A DNA stretch of 64,000 nt, from the NCBI GenBank assembly GCA_038204425.1, contig JBBRCZ010000010.1:32001-96000 (forward strand). Direction: 5' to 3'. Positions within the stretch are counted from its first letter, which is position 1; each line of letters begins with the position of its first letter. This DNA comes from Spirochaetia bacterium. GTDB lineage: Bacteria; Spirochaetota; Spirochaetia; DSM-27196; Salinispiraceae. Shown here piece by piece: positions 30,009 through 39,431 of the stretch. The translations under genes and the position numbers were made by a program. Below the pieces are notes generated by a model. It did no database searches, had not been told where the DNA came from, and saw nothing but the letters and a program-made list of their open reading frames with translations.

Positions 30009-31270
30009 AGGTTCTGATAGTTGGAAATGGCGGCAGAGAACATGCGTTGGCATGGAAGTTTTCACAAAGCAAGAGGATTACTGGCCTGTATTGCGTGCCA
30101 GGAAATGCCGGCACAGCTGACCTTGGTCAAAATATGGATCATCTATCGTTAAACGATATCGATGGCATCGTAAATGCTGCCAAGGTGCTCGAAATAGATT
30201 TGGTCTTTGTCGGTCCTGAGGCAGCACTTGCTGATGGACTATGCGACAAGCTGAGCAAGGTGGGCATAAGAGCCGTAGGTCCAGACGCCAGATGTGCCCA
30301 ACTGGAGTCATCTAAAACTTTTAGCAAAGATTTTTTAAATCGAAACAGAATTCCCACTGCGATCGCCAAAACCTTTAAGCCGGGCCAATTAGCGCAGCTG
30401 CAAGACTTTTTGAACCAGAACCCCAACAAACCCTGGGTTGTCAAAAAAAGCGGCCTCGCAGCCGGTAAAGGCGTTTTGGAATCTGACAATACAGAAGAGT
30501 TACTTAGCTTTGCCAAAGAACATATGGCCGATGACGAGGTTCTTATTGAAGAATATCTGCGCGGATATGAAGTTAGCATTTTTACTATTAGTGACGGAAT
30601 TTCCTATAAAGTTTTGCCAGCTGCGGCTGACTACAAGAAGGCCGGAGAAGGGAACACCGGACCCAATACCGGTGGTATGGGAGCTATCTGCCCTGTACCT
30701 TGGTTGACCAAAGCCAGTCTCGACTTAATAAGTAAGGAAGTGATAGCGCCTACTTTTGATGCCTTAACTAAAGACAATCTGATGTATAAGGGTATTCTCT
30801 ACTTTGGTATTATGGTCTGCGCTGACGGACCAAAGGTGCTGGAATTTAACGTACGCTTTGGCGACCCAGAGGCCCAAGTGCTCATTCCGCTGATTGAAAC
30901 CGACTTTTGTGACCTATTTGGCGCGGTTGCCGACGGTCAACTTGATAAACTATCACTCAAAATATCGCAAAAGTCGGCCTTGGCCGTAGTAGTGGCTGCG
31001 CCAGGTTACCCCGGTGACTACCCTAAGCATTTGCCTGTAAAGCTCGACTTTATAAACCATGAAACTGACCGCTTTGTATTTCATGCTTCTACATTAAACG
31101 AGGGCAAGAATCTGCTCACCAATGGCGGGCGCTGCTTTACTTTGGTTGGATTAGGGACTGACCACCTGCGCGCCGCTGAGTCTGCCTACAGTTTAGAGAA
31201 TAAGCTAGAATTTGAAGGTGCTTGGACGAGACCAGATATTGGTTCAAACGTCTATTCACAAAAGTTTTAG
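30005..31270 (+). CDS. purD: Phosphoribosylamine--glycine ligase
   Basis: GNGGREHALAW, VGPEA, GLAAGKGV, GPNTGGMGA, EFNVRFGDPE. Confidence 0.96.
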   Translation: MKVLIVGNGGREHALAWKFSQSKRITGLYCVPGNAGTADLGQNMDHLSLNDIDGIVNAAKVLEIDLVFVGPEAALADGLCDKLSKVGIRAVGPDARCAQLESSKTFSKDFLNRNRIPTAIAKTFKPGQLAQLQDFLNQNPNKPWVVKKSGLAAGKGVLESDNTEELLSFAKEHMADDEVLIEEYLRGYEVSIFTISDGISYKVLPAAADYKKAGEGNTGPNTGGMGAICPVPWLTKASLDLISKEVIAPTFDALTKDNLMYKGILYFGIMVCADGPKVLEFNVRFGDPEAQVLIPLIETDFCDLFGAVADGQLDKLSLKISQKSALAVVVAAPGYPGDYPKHLPVKLDFINHETDRFVFHASTLNEGKNLLTNGGRCFTLVGLGTDHLRAAESAYSLENKLEFEGAWTRPDIGSNVYSQKF

Positions 31271-31287
31271 TCTAAACTATCAAATCA

Positions 31288-31309
31288 AGCGGGCCCTTTA
31301 CGGCCCGCT
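31288..31309. terminator. GC-rich hairpin between convergent purD and RCC1-repeat gene
   Basis: AGCGGGCC-CTTTAC-GGCCCGCT; U-tracts are weak. Confidence 0.6.
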
Positions 31310-31315
31310 GCTAAC

Positions 31316-32884
31316 TCAATCACTTATTTCAGGCGCAACCCAAGGCACTATCGTTATGCTCGCACCGTCAATAAGCACTGGGGTAAGTTGGTTTCCAGAG
31401 CTTTCACCAATACCTAAGAGCAACTTGTAACCCCAACCATATATCTGACCATTTCGCTTCATAGCCAAGGCACTTGAGTCCCCAGCACTTATCGCGACCC
31501 AATCTGTGTCAGTGCCAATTCTGGTTGGGACGTTACGAAGAGTTGTATCGCCAAGGCCTAGTTGTCCAGAAGAATTATCACCCCAAGCCCAGAGGCTGCC
31601 ATCTGCTTGGATACCCACATTTGAAGTATTGCTGACACTTATAACTAGCCAGCGAGCCGAACCTAATTTTTGAGGTGTATCAACAAGAGGGACGTTATCA
31701 GTGTAGCCAAGTCCAAGTAAACCACTCCAATTGTTACCCCAGACCCAAAGACTGCCATCATTTTGAAGGGCAACTGAGTGTGTATCGGCATCAATATCTA
31801 CCCAAGTAGTTGCAGAGCCCACTTGACTTGGGGTCAAGGACACCGTAGTTGCGCCGATTCCTAGGCTTCCAACGGTATTTGTTCCCCATGCCCAGATAGT
31901 GCCATTGTTTTTGAGACCAAGGCTGTGCTCGAAACCAGCGCGAGCATTGCTCCAGTTGGTATCGGTCCCAACTTGGACAGGACTACTTTGAGGAGCTGTA
32001 GCACCAGTGCCAAGTCTGCCTCCGGTATCAAGGCCCCAAGCCCAGAGTGTAGAGACACTCGTAATGGCTAGACTAAAATTATCACCACCGGACAATTTGG
32101 AAAGACCGAAAAAACTACTTATCTGACCGGGACTATTTTCTGCTGTTCCGCTTATAGTGCCCTGACCCAATTGACCAGACTCATTGTTACCAGTGCTATA
32201 GACTGACGTGGAATTAGTAGTAAACAGAGTGTGAGTATACGAAGTATTAATTAGTTCCCAATTTAGAGCGCCCTCCCCTTCATCCTTTTTGGGGAGCAAG
32301 GTAAAGGTATTAACAGCGTTGTAATTACCAAGACCCAAAGCACCACTACCACCGGAACCGGTAACATATACGTCTCCCGATGGGGTTTTGTATATGCTCG
32401 CATAGGTGCCAGTCTCTAAGGCATAGCCTTGCGTTATGGGTCCAAAGTCGATGGTTATGTTGCTACTGGATAGAGCAGCAAAATTGCCGGTATAAGACGC
32501 AGTATACAGGGGAAGTTCACCTGCCAAAGCATATAACGCTACTTCAACTTCTCGTGTAGTGTCCCAAGTACCAAAATCTATCCTAGCGCTATTTTGACTG
32601 TTGAATGTCAAAAAATTTTCAAAGATAACCTGGGTCTCATCGGCCTCGTCCCAATAAAATAGCCGTGCCCAAATACGAGTTACCCTTCCGTCAAACAAGG
32701 GCGATGTGTCACCTGAAAATGGAAGAAAGTGCGCTGTTATCGTTACGCCTGGCGTCACGACAATGGTAGTAGTGGTACCATCGGTGAGAATTGAATTGGG
32801 GTCAGTACACGCAAGCAATAGCCCAAACGTTGCCGTTAGTATGAGCGTCACCAACAACGACAGTATTGTCTTCTTAATCCACAT
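31316..32884 (-). CDS. RCC1-like beta-propeller lipoprotein
   Basis: Lipobox LLLA-C; about seven repeats such as [18 protein letters not shown] and W..ISAG..H.L. Confidence 0.85.
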   Translation of the reverse strand: MWIKKTILSLLVTLILTATFGLLLACTDPNSILTDGTTTTIVVTPGVTITAHFLPFSGDTSPLFDGRVTRIWARLFYWDEADETQVIFENFLTFNSQNSARIDFGTWDTTREVEVALYALAGELPLYTASYTGNFAALSSSNITIDFGPITQGYALETGTYASIYKTPSGDVYVTGSGGSGALGLGNYNAVNTFTLLPKKDEGEGALNWELINTSYTHTLFTTNSTSVYSTGNNESGQLGQGTISGTAENSPGQISSFFGLSKLSGGDNFSLAITSVSTLWAWGLDTGGRLGTGATAPQSSPVQVGTDTNWSNARAGFEHSLGLKNNGTIWAWGTNTVGSLGIGATTVSLTPSQVGSATTWVDIDADTHSVALQNDGSLWVWGNNWSGLLGLGYTDNVPLVDTPQKLGSARWLVISVSNTSNVGIQADGSLWAWGDNSSGQLGLGDTTLRNVPTRIGTDTDWVAISAGDSSALAMKRNGQIYGWGYKLLLGIGESSGNQLTPVLIDGASITIVPWVAPEISD

Positions 32885-32914
32885 AAAGTTACTCCTAGAC
32901 CAAATTCTAACATC

Positions 32915-32943
32915 AGACTATGGTATATTACCAATAAAGTCAA
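32915..32943 (-). promoter_or_regulatory. sigma70-like promoter of the RCC1 lipoprotein gene
   Basis: TTGACT-N17-TAGTCT. Confidence 0.5.
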
Positions 32944-32984
32944 GTATTTAAAAAAAGTCAATTTAGCGATCTATCAAATTGTAC

Positions 32985-34135
32985 TCAGACGAGTTGGCTT
33001 TGGTTTTCTGGGTCGACCAATGGTAAGCTTAGCCAAAAGGAAGTGAATCCGGTCTGGCTTGAATCAAAACCCACCGTGCCACCAAGGTAGCGCTCACCAA
33101 AAATTTTCATAGAGTAGGTGCCAAGGCCACGGTCATTACCCTTAGTGGAGTAAGATCGTTGGAAGATTTGGCTCTGGGCAGCTAAAGATAACTCACCGGG
33201 GTTACATACTGCAAAGCGCATACAATTGATTTCCATGATCGCAGACACCGCTATGTGACTGCCAGTAGGGCTGGCCTCCAAGGCGTTAATAAGCATATTG
33301 AGTAGAATGCGCCTAAGGAGCCCAGGGTTTGACCACATGTGCCAATGCGAAGTCTAACTGTTGACAGAATGGATTCCAAAAACGGAAGCAAAGAAATGGC
33401 TTTCAAGCGGACCTCTAAGGCACCATCTTCGGCGTTCTGGACCTCGCGTTGAGCCTGAATTTCTTCAATAATTGCCTTACTTATTTGTTCAACGTCCTCA
33501 AGTAGGTGACGATTTTCATCGGCATTCTCATTCTTTCTGATGTAGTGTACTAAACCGTTGAGGCCACCAGCGATATTGAGGACATCGTGAAAGAATATCC
33601 GCTCCAACACAGACCGCCGTTTTTGGTCGCTGACGTCCACCATACTCACTGCCACATAGTGACGATCCTCCACATTGAGAGGAACGGCCCTAACCCGGAA
33701 GTCCATAAAGCTTTCGGGCCCATCTATCGTGCCTTTAAAAGTAATTCGGCTGTCCTGTTGGGAGGCCTGCTGTGTAGCCAAGCAAGCTTTTACCGTCTGT
33801 ACAACTCCGCAGTAGCGGCACGATAGTCCCTGCCCACAACCATCAGCTTGGCGGTAAGCGTGGATGCAGGCTAATGCTTCACCGGGCCGGGCACCTAAAA
33901 TGGTTCCCAAACCGCCCATCCCCAGATTAGTAAGAAGTTTATGATTTGCCATGACAATACGACGCTGGTCATCAAGAATCATGCCTAATTCTGGCATGGC
34001 TTCTAGTAGAGTTGTAAGTAGTGGCTGTTGGGACAGCTGCTTGAGATCTTCCTGTAGCTGGTAATTGTCCTTAATACGATCGATGATGATGTTTCGATTA
34101 GCTTCTTGTTCTGCTATGCTAACAAATTCTGCCAT
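32985..34135 (-). pseudogene. Sensor histidine kinase (Cys-rich PAS-like + HisKA + HATPase) split by a frameshift near 33340-33360
   Basis: ORF 33251-34135 has the sensor and H-box FFHDVLN. ORF 32985-33338, in another frame, has the N-box NMLINALEAS and G-boxes IFQRSYSTKG...GLGTY. Confidence 0.75.
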
Positions 34136-34209
34136 GGAGTGCCGCCTAATATAAGTGTAGGCTTGAGGCTATTGAACGTGCAATATACTAGTTGAGCAAA
34201 AAGCAGCGG

Positions 34210-34977
34210 TCAGTTTTTCTTTTTTGGAGTGGACCCAAAGCCTTGTTTGCTCCTGATCGCATAAAGAAGTACGGCACAGGCTACAGAAACGTTGAGCGAT
34301 TCAAGGTGTCCACCTTGTGGAATGGATACGATATGGTCGCAGTTGCTGTGCACAAGACTAGAGAGTCCATCACCTTCGCTGCCCATGATCAGCATCAAGG
34401 GTAGATTGGTATCAATGCTGCCTATCGGTACGCCGTTCATATCGGCACCAAGCACCCAAAAACCCTGCTCCTTGGCAAGTTTTATGCTACGGTTGAGATT
34501 GGTCACCTCCACAACAGAAACCCATTGGTCTGCACCTGCAGACGTTCTGCTTACGGTGTCATTTAGGCGCACACTACGGTGAGAAGGCAAAAGAACGCCG
34601 TCGGCTTCAAATATATCGCTGCTGCGTAGAATGGCACCTAGGTTATGCGGGTCGCTCAATCCATCTAAAGCTAAGAGCAAGGGCGGCCATTGACTTGTTC
34701 TTGCCTCTGACAAACAGTTGGCGAGCAATTCCTCATAGTTTCCGGTCTTGGGCACTAAGTGTTCGGGAACCATCAGTATGCCACCCTTGTGGGCACCATT
34801 GGCCATTCTATCAAGGTCCTGCTGGCTAGTATTTTGAATCTCTACTTTTTGTTGTCTGGCAAGTTCTATAATCGCCTTAAACTTTGCAACTGGCTTATCA
34901 CCGCAATAGAGCACACAGTCTTGAGGATCTCTAAGAATCTGCTGTTCGATGGCATGAATTGAAGTGAGCTTTACCAT
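34210..34977 (-). CDS. rlmB: 23S rRNA (guanosine-2'-O)-methyltransferase, SpoU/TrmH family
   Basis: LDGLSDPHNLGAILRS, SRTSAGA, MGSEGDGL, ESLNVSVA; start placed at ATG 34977. Confidence 0.9.
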   Translation of the reverse strand: MVKLTSIHAIEQQILRDPQDCVLYCGDKPVAKFKAIIELARQQKVEIQNTSQQDLDRMANGAHKGGILMVPEHLVPKTGNYEELLANCLSEARTSQWPPLLLALDGLSDPHNLGAILRSSDIFEADGVLLPSHRSVRLNDTVSRTSAGADQWVSVVEVTNLNRSIKLAKEQGFWVLGADMNGVPIGSIDTNLPLMLIMGSEGDGLSSLVHSNCDHIVSIPQGGHLESLNVSVACAVLLYAIRSKQGFGSTPKKKN

Positions 34978-34984
34978 ATATGCC

Positions 34985-35425
34985 TTATTTTTTTGGGCCT
35001 TGTTGACCAAATGATTTTACAATATCGACCAAGCCATCAAAGTTGGTGTCACGTTCATATGCCTCTACCCAAGATCCCTCAAAAATATGTACCCACAAGT
35101 CTATCTTGCCGTCAAAGTTGGAGTCTACTTCGCGTCTAGTCAGAACACCGCTTTCATAGATGTAGAAATCATCCATGTTGCCGTCCTGGTTATAATCCAG
35201 GGCCTCTTTTTGCAGGGTGCCCTTGCGATCGTACAGGGCTGCGTAATCGGCAACACCGTTCTCACTCTGATCCACAAGCGTCCAGCTGCTTTCGTATTCC
35301 GTAACCGAGACAGGGAAAGCTGGACGGGTGTCTTTTGCTTCACCAACCTTTACAAGAACGAGTGAACTAAGGTTGCTAAGCAAACCGGCTAGAATGATAA
35401 AAAAAATAACAAATTTAGTTTTCAT
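34985..35425 (-). CDS. Small exported protein with four DxNxDGxxD-like (Ca-binding-type) repeats
   Basis: Signal peptide; DQSENGVAD, DYNQDGNMD, DSNFDGKID, DTNFDGLVD. Confidence 0.7.
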   Translation of the reverse strand: MKTKFVIFFIILAGLLSNLSSLVLVKVGEAKDTRPAFPVSVTEYESSWTLVDQSENGVADYAALYDRKGTLQKEALDYNQDGNMDDFYIYESGVLTRREVDSNFDGKIDLWVHIFEGSWVEAYERDTNFDGLVDIVKSFGQQGPKK

Positions 35426-35477
35426 CTTGCTTATATCGGCACATAGAAATCATAAACAAAGTAGCTCAACTAAAAAA

Positions 35478-36626
35478 TTAGACTCCGCCCTCGTTCCTAA
35501 GTTGCGCTAAAGGAATTGGCTTAGGATGATCGATCGAGCCTTCGACTTCCGAAAATTCCTTGAGCAATGCTTTGCCTTTGATACTCAACTTGTGAGGAAC
35601 TTCAACCCTAATCTTTAGATAGAGATCACCACGTCGATCTCCGCCATTGAGAATCGGTACGCCCTCGCCTCTGATGCGAAGAACTTTGCCACTTTGAATC
35701 CCAGCGGGAACTTTAGCTTTGATCTGTCGTCCATCCAAATTGTCTACCACTATATCCGCACCCAAACTAGCTTGGGCAATATCAATTGGAACTACACAAT
35801 AGAGATCAGCACCATCGCGCTCAAAGTGCTCATGCCCTTTGACGTGGATAAACACATAAAGATCACCGGCGACTCCACTGTTTGGACCTGCGTCGCCTTG
35901 GTTGGGTATGCTGATTCGTTTACCATCTTCAATGCCGGCCGGTATAGTAACCTTAATTTTTTGCGCTTTTTTGGAGAGGCCAGAGCCAGAACAGACTTTA
36001 CATGGCTTTTCTACTATTTGGCCTTCGCCGTTACAAGTTGGACAGGCACTAGCGATAGAAAAAAAGCCGGAACTTCGTCTCACTTGCCCTGAACCATTAC
36101 AGGTTGGGCAGGTTTTTCTGACACCACCGTCTTGGCTGCCACTACCCTTACAGGCCTCACAGTGCACTTGGTGTTGGTAGCTTATCTCTACTTTGGCTCC
36201 AAATGCCGCGTCTGCAAAACTAAGCTCAAGATCGTAGCGCAAGTCGTTGCCGCGCTGTACGGCGCTACGACCTCGTCCAGCACCTGATCGGCGTGAACCA
36301 GATCCACCAAAGAAGGAATCAAAAATGCCGGAAAAATCGCCAAAAATATCTTCAAAGTCCCTGTAAACATGGGAGTAGTCATGGGCTGCACTGCCCATGC
36401 CGTCTATGCCCGCAAAACCATGCTGGTCATAGATCTGCTTTTTTTTGTCGTCAGACAAGACCTCGTAGGCCTCGGTCGCTTCCTTAAATTTTTCTTCGGC
36501 GGCCTTGTCATCTGGGTTTTTATCCGGATGAAACTGAACTGCAAGCTTACGATAAGCTTTTTTTATTTCGTCTTTATTGGCAGACTTGGTAACGCCCAAA
36601 ACTTCGTAATAGTCACGCTTGGCCAC
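35478..36626 (-). CDS. dnaJ: Chaperone DnaJ
   Basis: J domain with HPD, G/F region, four CxxCxGxG motifs. Confidence 0.97.
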   Translation of the reverse strand: MAKRDYYEVLGVTKSANKDEIKKAYRKLAVQFHPDKNPDDKAAEEKFKEATEAYEVLSDDKKKQIYDQHGFAGIDGMGSAAHDYSHVYRDFEDIFGDFSGIFDSFFGGSGSRRSGAGRGRSAVQRGNDLRYDLELSFADAAFGAKVEISYQHQVHCEACKGSGSQDGGVRKTCPTCNGSGQVRRSSGFFSIASACPTCNGEGQIVEKPCKVCSGSGLSKKAQKIKVTIPAGIEDGKRISIPNQGDAGPNSGVAGDLYVFIHVKGHEHFERDGADLYCVVPIDIAQASLGADIVVDNLDGRQIKAKVPAGIQSGKVLRIRGEGVPILNGGDRRGDLYLKIRVEVPHKLSIKGKALLKEFSEVEGSIDHPKPIPLAQLRNEGGV

Positions 36627-36695
36627 AATCGTCCTCTTTTTGTATCTTTTTGCTCATTTGGCTATCTAAAAGGCAAGCCGTAACAAACTTATAAT

Positions 36696-36730
36696 GGATT
36701 CAACCAAGATATTCTATCCTGGTTGAATCC
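36696..36730 (-). other. 16-bp stem-loop between dnaK and dnaJ
   Basis: mRNA strand GGATTCAACCAGGATA-GAA-TATCTTGGTTGAATCC (one G-U pair); no U-tract. Confidence 0.75.
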
Positions 36731-36746
36731 TAATGTACAAAAACGC

Positions 36747-38681
36747 CTATTTCTTATCGTCGTCGACGACCTCGTAGTCCACGTCTTCCGCTGTATTGCG
36801 TGAAGACGACTTAGATTGATCCGCTTCACCTTCTTGGCTAGGACCAGCATTTTCTTGCGCTGCGTCAGCTTGTGGAGCAGCATTTTTGTAGAGTTCTTCG
36901 CTCATTTTGTAAGAAATTTGGTTAAGTTCTTCGGTTTTGGCTTTTATCTGAGCCACATCACCGCTCTCGATAGCCTTACGCAGCTCAGCCGAAGCCTTGT
37001 CCACTGCCTCTTTATCTGCTGCGCTAACCTTATCGCCAAGTTCTTTTATGGTCTTTTCTGTCGAGTACAGCAAGCTGTCAGCGTTGTTGTGCACTTCGGC
37101 TTTTTCTTTGGCCAACTTGTCTTCATCAGCGTGCAACTCAGCATCCTTAACCATGCGGTTAATTTCTTCTTCGTTTAGACCGGAACTCGATTCGATACGA
37201 ATTTTTTGTTCTTTTCCGGTGCCCAAGTCTTTGGCAGATACATGCACTATACCATTTGCGTCAATATCAAAACTAACTTCTACTTGTGGAACCCCTCGCG
37301 GTGCACTTGGTATTCCTAGTAAGTCAAAGCGACCAAGCGTTCGGTTTTGGCTTGCAATTTCACGCTCGCCTTGTAGGACATGTATAGAAACTGCAGTTTG
37401 GCCATCAGCCGCAGTAGAGAAGATCTGGCTTTTTTTGGTTGGGATGGTAGTGTTTCGTTCGATTAGTCTTGTAAAAACCCCGCCCAAGGTCTCAATTCCC
37501 AAGGAAAGCGGTGTAACGTCAAGCAGCAGTACGTCTTTAACATCGCCACCAAGAATACCACCTTGAATTGCAGCACCAACTGCTACTGCTTCGTCAGGGT
37601 TAACACCCTTATTTGGCTCTTTGCCAAACAACTCTTTAACCAACTTTTGTACGGCAGGAATTCTTGTGGAACCACCAACCAAGATTACTTCGTCGATATC
37701 GGAGGCACTCAAGCCAGCGTCTTTAAGCGCGTTAAGGCATGGTTGCTTAGTTCGTTGAATCAAGTCTTCGATCATTTGTTCAAACTTGGCACGCGTAATC
37801 GTGTACTGCAAGTGCTTGGGGCCCGAGGCATCGGCGGTAATGAACGGCAGGTTGATTTCTGCGTTTTGTTGACCAGACAAGTCCTTCTTGGCGCGTTCTG
37901 CTGCTTCTTTGAGGCGTTGCAATGCCATTCGGTCGGTACTTAGATCAATGCCAGAATCTTTCTTAAAGCTATCAATCAACCACTCAATAATTCTAAGGTC
38001 AAAGTTGTCGCCACCCAAGTGGGTATCACCATTGGTAGACTTTACTTCAAAGACGCCATCACCAAGTTCCAAAATAGAAACGTCAAAGGTACCACCGCCC
38101 AAATCGTAGACTGCTATTTTTTCGTCCTTACCACTTTTGCCAAAACCGTAGGCCAAGGCGGCAGCTGTAGGCTCGTTAACAATTCGCTTAACATCCAGTC
38201 CAGCAATACGGCCGGCGTCTTTTGTTGCTTGTCTTTGTGCATCATTAAAGTAGGCTGGAACGGTCACGACTGCTTCGGTTACCGATTCTCCCAAATAGGC
38301 CTCGGCGGTTTCCTTCATCTTTTGCAAAATGGCAGCGGAGATCTCCGGAGGTGTCAGTTTGTTGCCGCTGATGTCGACTTTGACTGGACCATTGGCGTCC
38401 TTCTGGTCAATGTGATAGGGAACCAATTTTACTTCGTCGGTAACTTCACCCCCGCGACGTCCCATAAATCGCTTGATAGAAAAAATTGTATTCTCAGGAT
38501 TGGTGATCATCTGGTTCTTGGCAGATTGGCCAACCAAACGCTCGTTCTTGGCGGTGTATGCAACAATTGAAGGTGTAGTACGTTGACCCTCGGAGTTTGC
38601 AATTACAACGGGTTCGTTGCCTTCCATGATAGCAACACAAGAATTGGTTGTACCTAAGTCTATTCCTATAATCTTTCCCAT
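36747..38681 (-). CDS. dnaK: Chaperone DnaK
   Basis: [39 protein letters not shown]. Confidence 0.98.
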   Translation of the reverse strand: MGKIIGIDLGTTNSCVAIMEGNEPVVIANSEGQRTTPSIVAYTAKNERLVGQSAKNQMITNPENTIFSIKRFMGRRGGEVTDEVKLVPYHIDQKDANGPVKVDISGNKLTPPEISAAILQKMKETAEAYLGESVTEAVVTVPAYFNDAQRQATKDAGRIAGLDVKRIVNEPTAAALAYGFGKSGKDEKIAVYDLGGGTFDVSILELGDGVFEVKSTNGDTHLGGDNFDLRIIEWLIDSFKKDSGIDLSTDRMALQRLKEAAERAKKDLSGQQNAEINLPFITADASGPKHLQYTITRAKFEQMIEDLIQRTKQPCLNALKDAGLSASDIDEVILVGGSTRIPAVQKLVKELFGKEPNKGVNPDEAVAVGAAIQGGILGGDVKDVLLLDVTPLSLGIETLGGVFTRLIERNTTIPTKKSQIFSTAADGQTAVSIHVLQGEREIASQNRTLGRFDLLGIPSAPRGVPQVEVSFDIDANGIVHVSAKDLGTGKEQKIRIESSSGLNEEEINRMVKDAELHADEDKLAKEKAEVHNNADSLLYSTEKTIKELGDKVSAADKEAVDKASAELRKAIESGDVAQIKAKTEELNQISYKMSEELYKNAAPQADAAQENAGPSQEGEADQSKSSSRNTAEDVDYEVVDDDKK

Positions 38682-38719
38682 ATCATTCTCCTTAACTTTT
38701 AGTCGTAATTTGTATTCTT

Positions 38720-39340
38720 TTAAGATGAAACTTTTACTTTAGCAGTCCTTGCTATTTTGTCGTGTAAGAGATAACCACGTTGGTAAACTTCTAAGATTGT
38801 TCCGGCTTCTGTGTCAGGTTTCGCCTCAACCTGTATTGCCTCATGTCTGTCGGGATCAAAGGCTTCTTCAAGTGCCTCAAACCGTTTGAGTCCCCACTTT
38901 CTTTCCAGCATGCCAATAAACTGACGCTCAATGAGCTCAATACCAGCGTAAAAGGTGTCAAAATCATTAGACTCATTGGCAGACTTTATTGCTCGTTCAA
39001 AGTCATCAATCACCGTAATGATATCCGTCAAAATCTGCCTATTGGCCAAAAGGACAGAATCTTCTTTGTCCCTGAGAATACGTTTGCGTGAGTTTTCAAA
39101 ATCTGCACGAGTACGCAGAACTTGATCTCTTAAATCTGAGACATCTTGGACCGCTTTATCACGTTCCTTATTAGCCTGATCTAAAGCTATCTCAAGATCA
39201 GCAATGATTAGCTTATGTTGACTGTCTTTGTCACTTTCAATTCTTGCTTCGGTCTGGCTCTCGCTAGCCGATTTCAAACTCTCTAACCCAGCCACGTCGG
39301 ACTCAATAGTGTCCGAAGGCGGGCCTGCTGTTTCGCTCAC
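38720..39340 (-). CDS. grpE: Nucleotide exchange factor GrpE
   Basis: [46 protein letters not shown] start with SD GGAGGG. Confidence 0.95.
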   Translation of the reverse strand: MSETAGPPSDTIESDVAGLESLKSASESQTEARIESDKDSQHKLIIADLEIALDQANKERDKAVQDVSDLRDQVLRTRADFENSRKRILRDKEDSVLLANRQILTDIITVIDDFERAIKSANESNDFDTFYAGIELIERQFIGMLERKWGLKRFEALEEAFDPDRHEAIQVEAKPDTEAGTILEVYQRGYLLHDKIARTAKVKVSS

Positions 39341-39384
39341 CGTACCCTCCAATGTTTGTTTTCTGTACTGCACTATATGCTTTG

Positions 39385-39413
39385 AAACTACTGATAGTGA
39401 ATAGAAACGTCAA
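39385..39413 (-). promoter_or_regulatory. sigma70-like promoter of grpE-dnaK-dnaJ
   Basis: TTGACG-N17-TAGTTT; no CIRCE element seen. Confidence 0.6.
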
Positions 39414-39431
39414 GAAGAATCAGACACCAAA

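Noticed and set aside
36816..38570. Long antisense ORFs opposite dnaK (similar ones opposite rho and clpA)
   Set aside because: Typical antisense shadows of conserved genes; no SD or protein motifs.
39341..39431. CIRCE/HrcA control of grpE-dnaK-dnaJ
   Set aside because: No TTAGCACTC-N9-GAGTGCTAA and no hrcA in the window.
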